Positions 7,189 to 13,048 of a stretch of 13,048 bases of DNA are shown here, piece by piece; positions within the stretch are counted from its first letter, which is position 1, and each line of letters opens with the position of its first letter. The notes under the pieces are model-generated. The model worked only from the letters and a program-made list of their open reading frames with translations, made no database searches and was not told where the DNA came from. A program made the position numbers and the translations under genes. The stretch is from Nitrososphaeraceae archaeon (GTDB taxonomy: Archaea > Thermoproteota > Nitrososphaeria > Nitrososphaerales > Nitrososphaeraceae): NCBI GenBank assembly GCA_044870765.1, contig JBIOZG010000049.1:1-13048 (forward strand), written 5' to 3'.

Positions 7189-7947
7189 GTGTCCGGAGAA
7201 TTTATAGATAATTTTTCTACTCAATCAAAAGAATATTCTTTCTCGAGACCAACTTATCCTGAATCACTTTTTGAATTCTTATCTACAGTAACACCCCAAA
7301 AAAATCTCGCTTGGGATTGTGCAACGGGAAACGGACAGGCAGCTATAGGACTCAGCAAATATTTTAAAAAAGTAATCGCAAGTGACGCAAGCAAGAATCA
7401 GATTCGACATGGCTTTCAGAGAGAAAACATAGATTACAAGCTATTTCCGGCTGAAAATGCAGAGTTAGACAATGATTCTGTCGATATTGTGACTGTAGCT
7501 CAAGCATTACATTGGTTTGATTTTGATAAATTTTACTATAATGTAAAAAGAGTTGGAAAAAAAGATGGAATCATAGCAGTTTGGAGTTATGATATGCACA
7601 AGATAAATCCTCAAATAGATAAGGTTACCGACAGGCTTGATGTAGACGGTGAAATTCTTGGTAGTTACTGGGACAAAGAAACAAAATATGTTAAAGAAAA
7701 ATATAAAACAATTGTTTTTCCATTTAGGGAAATTTCTGTTCCTGCGTTTAAGACAACGTTATATTGGAATTTGCATCAACTATGGGATTATATGAAAACT
7801 TGGTCATCAGTAAAGAAGTATTATTCTGAAAATAAACGGGATCCTTTAGATCTAGTCAAACCAGAAGTAAAAACTTTGTGGGGAGATGAGCTTGATAAAA
7901 AAGAAGTTACTTGGAATATAAACATACGTGCAGGCATTATAAAATAA
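7189..7947 (+). CDS. Class I SAM-dependent methyltransferase (Methyltransf_11-like)
   Basis: 252 aa, GTG start. Y..SRP.YP, AWDCATGNGQAA motif I, ASDAS..QI, SVDIVTVAQALHWFD, and TWSSV. Confidence 0.92.
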   Translation: MSGEFIDNFSTQSKEYSFSRPTYPESLFEFLSTVTPQKNLAWDCATGNGQAAIGLSKYFKKVIASDASKNQIRHGFQRENIDYKLFPAENAELDNDSVDIVTVAQALHWFDFDKFYYNVKRVGKKDGIIAVWSYDMHKINPQIDKVTDRLDVDGEILGSYWDKETKYVKEKYKTIVFPFREISVPAFKTTLYWNLHQLWDYMKTWSSVKKYYSENKRDPLDLVKPEVKTLWGDELDKKEVTWNINIRAGIIK

Positions 7948-8007
7948 TATGAAAACTATTTTCTTCCCCATTAGCTGATAGTCGTCATTAGCACTTTGAA
8001 TAACTCT

Positions 8008-8880
8008 CTATTTTCTTCCAACAATTACTATAGCTTCATTTTCGAACCTAACTTTTCCAGTACTGTCGGCAAACTTTTCTGATCCTTTACTAATTGCATT
8101 TTCTATTTGTTGCCTTCTTTCGTTTGTCTCTCCTGCCAGGACTTTTTGAAGAGCAGGGCCACCGTGGTCAATTGTAAAGGCTGCAAAGGCATCAGATGAT
8201 TCAAAATCAGAAACCACTTTTATTCTTTCGATAACAATATGAATGAATCCTGATTCTTCAAAGAGTTTCTTAAGGTTGTTTTGGTCCGACATGCTAAACG
8301 GTCCAAGCGTTCTCGGAGGAGGACTGTTTGTTTCTTGCAGTACGATGTTCATAGGTACAGAAATGAAAGGAACTTTCTCTGGCGAAGCCCAAACAGCGGC
8401 TGCGAAATGACCACCCTTTACTAAAGACTCGTAAATATTAGATAAACCTGCCTTAGGATTTGGTAAAAACATCAATCCCCATCTGCATAGTGCTGCATCA
8501 AATGTTGAGGACGGCAAATCAATTGTTTCCGCATCGCCCTCTTTAAATTCAACCACCTCTTGTAGACCTAAAGAGATAGCTCTTTCTTTTGCAAAGGATA
8601 TCATCCGTGGTGAAATATCTATCGCTAGTATGTGGCCAGTGTTACCTATTTGTTTTGCAGCAGTGAGAGCTGGTTCTCCTATACCGGTAGCAATATCCAG
8701 AACCTTAGAACCTGGTTTTATCACTGCAAGTTCCACTAGGCGTTTACTAACTTCTTGGGTCGCCGTTTCTATTGTCTTCCACCACTTTTGCCAACCAGGA
8801 GCCGCATTATCATAACCATGCCTTAATTCTCCCTTGTATTGTTTTGAATCAATAGTCAAGTAGTTCCTTGTTGGATTCAA
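8008..8880 (-). CDS. Class I SAM-dependent methyltransferase (UbiE/Methyltransf_25-like)
   Basis: 290 aa. KVLDIATGIGEPA motif I, AIDISPRM, GDAE, FDAALCRWGLMFLP. Alternative TTG start at 8859 (MTIDSKQYK). Confidence 0.92.
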   Translation of the reverse strand: MNPTRNYLTIDSKQYKGELRHGYDNAAPGWQKWWKTIETATQEVSKRLVELAVIKPGSKVLDIATGIGEPALTAAKQIGNTGHILAIDISPRMISFAKERAISLGLQEVVEFKEGDAETIDLPSSTFDAALCRWGLMFLPNPKAGLSNIYESLVKGGHFAAAVWASPEKVPFISVPMNIVLQETNSPPPRTLGPFSMSDQNNLKKLFEESGFIHIVIERIKVVSDFESSDAFAAFTIDHGGPALQKVLAGETNERRQQIENAISKGSEKFADSTGKVRFENEAIVIVGRK

Positions 8881-9012
8881 TATTTACGGTATAAAAACAT
8901 ACAACATACAACACCTAAATAATGGAACGAAATTAGACTCAAAATTCAAACCTTAGTCACAAATTATATTATTCTAGGCCTAGCATATTAAAGGATTGAA
9001 AAAAATATGTTT

Positions 9013-9327
9013 TTAGTAACGGTAAGAGTTTACTTCAATTACGGCTTGTGGTATTCCCTTCTTTAGGTCATCAAAGCTCATTACGGGGTGCAACTCTACG
9101 TGAGCACCCATTCCACTAAACAAAGGTTCAATCAAAACTGGTATCTGTTCTGTATTCTCTATATCAACAATAAAGGAAGCCACTCTATTGCCATCCGCTT
9201 CAAAGAAATATGTTGCTTCAGCTTTGACTTTGTTTATATATTTTTCAAGTTTTCTCAATAAGTTTGGGTCCTGTACCATTTTGTTTCCGTCTTCCGTAGG
9301 AATCTTTGCAAGTATTAAGAATCTCAT
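9013..9327 (-). CDS. Conserved hypothetical protein, DUF3303-like small alpha/beta protein
   Basis: Likely start is ATG 9327 (MRFLILAKIPTEDGN...EATYFFEADGNR...QIP..IEPLF...VELHPVMSFDDLKK, 104 aa). The track's 49-codon extension to 9474 is not protein-like, and ATAAATATAA (9356..9347) sits at promoter distance from 9327. Confidence 0.75.
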   Translation of the reverse strand: MRFLILAKIPTEDGNKMVQDPNLLRKLEKYINKVKAEATYFFEADGNRVASFIVDIENTEQIPVLIEPLFSGMGAHVELHPVMSFDDLKKGIPQAVIEVNSYRY

Positions 9328-9491
9328 TCTTGAAGGGAGTTGTTCATTATATTTATGGATATTGCTACATTGGCTACTGTTGAGTAGATACAAAGAATAA
9401 TGAAAGCATAGCGAATAGCGACTTGATTCTAGATTGGGTGTTATATCAAATATGTAATAATGAAAAACAGTCATAGTCCTTTGACGGGATC

Positions 9492-9509
9492 CGAATTGTT
9501 AACAATGCG
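9492..9509. promoter_or_regulatory. Palindromic operator candidate CGA-ATTGTTAACAAT-GCG
   Basis: Perfect 12-bp palindrome at 9495-9506, extendable to 18 bp with one mismatched pair, in the divergent intergenic region 9328-9684. Confidence 0.4.
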
Positions 9510-9684
9510 ATTCACGACGTCCGAAGATCGTAACTTGGATTGTTATTTATTCACTTGTTACTGTTCAATTTACCAGACTTGTAACTGCAATTGGATTAAT
9601 TAAATTACTGTTAACATACACTTAGCCGGCATTTTTTGCCTATTGGATAATGTTTATCTTGAATTTAGTTTATGATATGATTAC

Positions 9685-9834
9685 ATGGCTGATTCGCTGT
9701 TATCGTATGCCATCACGACTGCTGTCTTTATTGGGCTTGTTGTAATCTTGTCTGCATCAAGAGCAAAGAGATCTGGTAAGAAGAACCAAACTTTTGTAGG
9801 GAATTCAGAGGAAATCAAACAATCACCTGATTAA
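9685..9834 (+). CDS. Small single-pass membrane protein (49 aa), below the ORF-track cutoff
   Basis: MADSLLSYAITTAVFIGLVVILSASRAKRSGKKNQTFVGNSEEIKQSPD: one hydrophobic helix followed by a basic cluster. TTTATCTT (9653-9660) ends 24 nt before the ATG. Confidence 0.6.
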   Translation: MADSLLSYAITTAVFIGLVVILSASRAKRSGKKNQTFVGNSEEIKQSPD

Positions 9835-9948
9835 AACATATGAATTACTCGCCCAAAAGGAAGACATCTCTATCCGGGGATATGGTAGAATAGGTAATCA
9901 CTTAACGAATCCTAAACAAACAGGTTACCAGGGGATTTGGATGTCTTT

Positions 9949-11052
9949 TTATTCAGATTTGAGGGATGCCATATCTATAGAGAAGCGATACTTTACATCG
10001 GATTTGAGCATTCTATCGTATGCCTCGTTAACCTTCTGGATAGGAATGACCTCAACATCTGCAGTAATGTTATGTTTGCCACAAAAGTCGAGCATTTCCT
10101 GCGTTTCGGCAAGACCTCCTATGATCGAGCCGGAGATGCTGCGACGCTGGAACAAAAGTCCAAATGCAGAGACAGCGTGAGGCTTGTCTGGAGCACCGAC
10201 AAGGGTTATGTTACCATCGCGACGGAGTAGTTGGATGTATGCGTTGATGTCATGCTCAGCAGAAACCGTATCGAGTATAAAATCAAAACTGCAAGCGTGT
10301 TTGTTCATCTGGTCTGCATCGTGGGAAACGACAATTTCATCAGCTCCAAGGCGAACCGCATCATCCTTCTTGTTCTGCGAAGTGGTAAAGACAACAACGT
10401 AAGCACCAAGGGCATGAGCAAATTTCACCGCCATGTGTCCAAGTCCACCAAGACCAACTACCCCGACTTTCTTACCATTAGTAACGTCCCAGTGTTGCAA
10501 GGGCGAGTAGGTTGTGATTCCAGCGCAGAGGAGTGGTGCTACTCCGGCAAGATTGAGATTGGAAGGAACGTGAAGGACAAAATGATCTTTAACCACTATG
10601 CTGTCGGAGTATCCCCCATAGGTAACACCTCCTAAGTACGGGTCGGGCGAGTTATAAGTAAGAGTCAAGTTGGGGCAGAATTGTTCAAGACCAGTTTGGC
10701 AATCGGGACACTCCCCGTCCGAGTCAACCAAGCAGCCGACTGCCGCAAGGTCGCCTGGCTTGAATTTGGTGACTGCAGACCCGACCTTTGTGACTTTACC
10801 AACTATCTCGTGGCCCGGAATGCAGGGATAGACAGTGGGCATAACGCTCCACTCATTACGGACCTGATGGAGGTCAGAATGACAGATTCCACAAAAAAGA
10901 ATTTCGATCTGAACGTCGTGGTCGCCGGGATCGCGCCGCGAGATTACTGTTGGCGCAAGTGGCGAGATCGCACTTGCAGCCGAATAACCCTTAGCGCTGT
11001 ATTGACTGCGTGAATCAGAGGTAAATTGTGTAGTAGACATGATAGTTTCCAA
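9949..11052 (-). CDS. NAD(P)-dependent zinc alcohol dehydrogenase, cinnamyl-alcohol dehydrogenase/YahK-like MDR family
   Basis: 367 aa. CGICHSDLH, PGHEIVG, GGYS, APLLCAGITTYSPL, VGLGGLGHMAVK, and C-terminal DVKYRFSID. Start is TTG 11052 or ATG 11040. Confidence 0.96.
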   Translation of the reverse strand: METIMSTTQFTSDSRSQYSAKGYSAASAISPLAPTVISRRDPGDHDVQIEILFCGICHSDLHQVRNEWSVMPTVYPCIPGHEIVGKVTKVGSAVTKFKPGDLAAVGCLVDSDGECPDCQTGLEQFCPNLTLTYNSPDPYLGGVTYGGYSDSIVVKDHFVLHVPSNLNLAGVAPLLCAGITTYSPLQHWDVTNGKKVGVVGLGGLGHMAVKFAHALGAYVVVFTTSQNKKDDAVRLGADEIVVSHDADQMNKHACSFDFILDTVSAEHDINAYIQLLRRDGNITLVGAPDKPHAVSAFGLLFQRRSISGSIIGGLAETQEMLDFCGKHNITADVEVIPIQKVNEAYDRMLKSDVKYRFSIDMASLKSE

Positions 11053-11161
11053 GCGATATACAGAAATTAATGTATTTAAAAATTTGAAAATAAAAATTCC
11101 TTCTGTTCAAACTAATCGTGACAGACTTATCTTTTTAAATATCAATTTTACTACGTAATCA

Positions 11162-11404
11162 TTGGTTAAGACTAAAGGTGTATTATTAAAAATGGAATTA
11201 ATGATCGATATTCCGCAAGACATAATGTTGGATAAGAAAAGACTAAAATCCGTTCAACGGGGTATCCTGAAAGCTATATCCAAAGGGCCATATGAAGAAG
11301 GTCTAGCATTCAAAATTTTAAATGCAACCTTTGTTGATTTCTACAGCCCTTATGTTCTGCCTAAAATTAAAAATCAGCCTAGTCCTGGAGAAACTGGATT
11401 ATAG
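11162..11404 (+). CDS. Hypothetical protein (80 aa)
   Basis: Protein-like beta-alpha-beta composition. TTTTTAAA at 11132-11139 ends 22 nt before the TTG start. No family recognised. Confidence 0.65.
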   Translation: MVKTKGVLLKMELMIDIPQDIMLDKKRLKSVQRGILKAISKGPYEEGLAFKILNATFVDFYSPYVLPKIKNQPSPGETGL

Positions 11405-11409
11405 AAAGC

Positions 11410-11710
11410 TTATCGATTTTTCCTTAATGCAGCCTCAATTTCTTTTAAATTCTATTCATATTTATGTCCGGAAATAAATAATGCTGGAAAATGGAATTGT
11501 CCTTCTATCTTGGATGTTCTAACGGTTAGTAAACTATTAAATCCATCTATTCTTATAGGAGTAGATCGTGATAATTTGTTTTTCCCGTCTTTTTCAATTT
11601 TGGCTATATCATTTGTTAGAGTAAAAATCCCGGACGGTAGAAAATATTTTTCATTTGGAAAACTTCCAACGATTGTATATAGGAAAGTACGAATTGACTA
11701 ATATTGGCAA
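11410..11710 (-). pseudogene. Probable degraded gene (frameshift near 5' end plus in-frame TAG)
   Basis: Minus-strand frame open for 81 codons (11697..11455: SIRTFLYTIVGSFPNEKYFLPSGIFTLTNDIAKIEKDGKNKLSRSTPIRIDGFNSLLTVRTSKIEGQFHFPALFISGHKYE), then TAG, then NLKEIEAALRKNR-TAA (ends 11410). No canonical start in this frame. An out-of-frame TTG at 11710 (MPILVNS..) follows TTAATTTA at 11738..11731. Confidence 0.4.
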
Positions 11711-11798
11711 AGAGATAGAGATTCTTATTCTAAATTAATTCCAACAGTTCCCCCGTGAATCAAAAACGTCAACTTTAATTAATTAATTGACTCAATCT

Positions 11799-13048
11799 TT
11801 GGCACAGTTGAAGATATTCGTTTCCTATTCATACTCTGACGGAGACGATATAGCTCGTGCTATCCACAGGCATTACAAATCGCTACATCATTCAGTCTTT
11901 ATTTCGAGCAGTGAGATTCAATTGGGCGACAAATGGAATGAGAGAATAAAAGATAGTATAGCAAGCTGTGACCTTTTCTTGGTAGTGGTTACACGAGGAG
12001 CATTGAATAGCAATTATGTCGGGCAGGAGGTCAGTGAAGCAATAAGAAATTCTAAAACCATCGTACCGTGTAGGTATTACGAAATCCCATGGGAAGACCT
12101 AAAGTGGGGAATGGATCAGATGCAAGGCCTCGATTTTGAGGATAAGGCTCCTTTATTAAGAAAACTGGATGAAAGAATTGCCAGACAATATGGAACTTCC
12201 CATAGTGACGAACGAGAGGAGACCGAGCAGGATACTAAATCCTCAAATAGTGATAAACAAGAAAAAGTAGAAGAAGAGACCGAGCAAGATTCCAGGTTCG
12301 ATAAAAAGTCTCGGCATAGGCATCGTAAATTGGTAATAGGTCTTATCATAGTGATTATTACGGCCTCTTTTCTAGTATATGGAATTATGAATAACATGAA
12401 CACACCCGGAGCATTAAATGAACGCGGTTATTCCCTTTATAAAGAAGGTAAGTATGCCGAAGCTATGACATATTATGACAGAGCATTAGCTATAGATCCA
12501 AGTAATACTTATGCATTAAACGGGATTGGCCTCATCCTTTATTCTCAAGATAAATATGACCAAGCTATGACATATTATGACAGAGCCCTAAAAATAAATC
12601 CAAACCTTTCTGGTGCATTATCTAATAAAGGTAACGTGCTTGATTCTCAAGGCAAATATGACCAAGCTATAACATACTTTGATAAATCCTTAGATGTAGA
12701 TTCAAGCAATACTTATGCTTTAATCGGTAAAGGTAACGCCCTAAGAGATCAATCCAAATACGATGAAGCTATAACATACTATAATAAAGCCTTGGCGATA
12801 GATCCAGATAGTACTTATGCGTTAGATAGGAAAGGTAACGCCCTATATTCTCAAGAAAAATACAACGAAGCTATAACATACTTTGATAAATCCTTGGCGA
12901 TAGATTCAAGCAATTCATACGCGTTAAAGGGTAAAGGTGACGCTCTAAGAGCTCAAGGCAATTACACCGAAGCTATAACATACTATAATAAATCTTTAGA
13001 AATAGATCCAAATGATCCTTGGGTACCGAACAGTATAGGCATTGCCCT
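11799..13048 (+). CDS. TIR domain - transmembrane - tetratricopeptide repeat (TPR) protein; C-terminus truncated by window edge
   Basis: Not in the ORF track. Frame open from TTG 11787/11799 to the edge (416 complete codons from 11799): MAQLKIFVSYSYSDGDDIARAIHRHYKSLHHSVFISSSEIQLGDKWNERIKDSIASCDLFLVVVTRGALNSNYVGQEVSEAIRNSKTIVPCRY (TIR: IFVSYS, GDKW...I...I...D.FLVVVT..ALNS.YV.QE), acidic linker, KKSRHRHRK, TM LVIGLIIVIITASFLVYGIM (12330-12389), then 34-aa TPRs from 12405. Confidence 0.92.
   Translation, partial: MAQLKIFVSYSYSDGDDIARAIHRHYKSLHHSVFISSSEIQLGDKWNERIKDSIASCDLFLVVVTRGALNSNYVGQEVSEAIRNSKTIVPCRYYEIPWEDLKWGMDQMQGLDFEDKAPLLRKLDERIARQYGTSHSDEREETEQDTKSSNSDKQEKVEEETEQDSRFDKKSRHRHRKLVIGLIIVIITASFLVYGIMNNMNTPGALNERGYSLYKEGKYAEAMTYYDRALAIDPSNTYALNGIGLILYSQDKYDQAMTYYDRALKINPNLSGALSNKGNVLDSQGKYDQAITYFDKSLDVDSSNTYALIGKGNALRDQSKYDEAITYYNKALAIDPDSTYALDRKGNALYSQEKYNEAITYFDKSLAIDSSNSYALKGKGDALRAQGNYTEAITYYNKSLEIDPNDPWVPNSIGIA
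12405..13048 (+). repeat. Coding tandem repeat, 102-nt period (six complete TPR motifs plus start of a seventh)
   Basis: Units start at 12405, 12507, 12609, 12711, 12813, 12915 and 13017. Consensus xYALxxKGxxLxxQxKYxEAITYYDKALxIDPxN; recurring DNA blocks AAGCTATAACATACT and AAAGGTAACG. Confidence 0.92.

Noticed and set aside
1428-8815. Other short track ORFs (1428..1643, 1615..1797, 2347..2574, 3543..3770, 3628..3846, 4000..4221, 5247..5504, 8630..8815)
   Set aside because: All lie antisense within better-supported genes and have no recognisable motifs.
7189-8880. Two adjacent methyltransferases as a restriction-modification or defence system
   Set aside because: Both are small-molecule class I SAM methyltransferases lacking DNA-MTase catalytic motifs (DPPY/NPPY, PCQ); they are convergent and have no nuclease partner.
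5226-8983. Isolated short palindromes TTAGTC-C-GACTAA (5226-5238) and CTAGGCCTAG (8974-8983)
   Set aside because: Single short occurrences with no second copy or supporting context.
9188-9474. + strand ORF 9188..9400 and the N-terminal extension 9328..9474 of the DUF3303-like ORF
   Set aside because: The first is antisense shadow; the extension is compositionally non-protein-like and spans the likely promoter of the ATG at 9327.
9483-9520. GACGGG and reverse-strand ACGTCGTG resembling pieces of the 41-bp repeat
   Set aside because: Matches are only 6-8 nt, in inconsistent orientation; compatible with chance.
9937-11013. Chain of long + strand ORFs (9937..10230, 9941..10180, 10184..10402, 10231..10635, 10681..11013)
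   Set aside because: Antisense shadows of the GC-rich ADH gene; stop-poor antisense frames are expected there and the products show no motifs.
11510-11701. 63-aa + strand ORF
   Set aside because: It is the antisense register of the longer, more protein-like minus-strand frame; neither is proven, but this one has less support.
12116-12403. 95-aa - strand ORF
   Set aside because: Antisense to the linker/TM part of the TIR-TPR gene; its Ser/Cys repeats mirror the EETEQD duplication.
12405-13048. Periodic DNA repeats as a possible CRISPR array or DGR template/variable repeat
   Set aside because: The period is exactly 102 nt, in frame, and encodes TPRs. Differences are not confined to adenines and no reverse transcriptase or cas gene is in the window.

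Overview
AT-rich, gene-dense archaeal-looking DNA, most consistent with a Nitrososphaerales-type thaumarchaeote. This is inferred from the F420-dependent enzymes, TATA-like boxes about 22-24 nt before start codons, many GTG/TTG starts and mostly monocistronic genes. It is an accessory/metabolic patchwork. In order: a divergent pair of F420-dependent oxidoreductases (LLM, truncated at the left edge and missed by the ORF track; PPOX), an RDD membrane protein, an AlkB-family dioxygenase whose frame opens about 310 nt upstream of the track call and has no canonical start, a DUF488 protein, an M32 carboxypeptidase, a Cys-containing secreted protein bracketed by a 41-bp direct repeat, a secreted alpha/beta hydrolase, two SAM methyltransferases, a DUF3303-like protein, an unannotated 49-aa membrane protein, a GC-rich Zn alcohol dehydrogenase, a small hypothetical and a probable pseudogene. 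The most interesting feature is absent from the ORF track because it runs off the right edge: a TIR domain - linker - single TM helix - tandem TPR protein whose predicted topology (cytoplasmic TIR, extracellular variable repeats) resembles a Toll-like receptor. No rRNA, tRNA, CRISPR array or transposase was recognised. All family assignments are from motif recognition by eye, not database searches.
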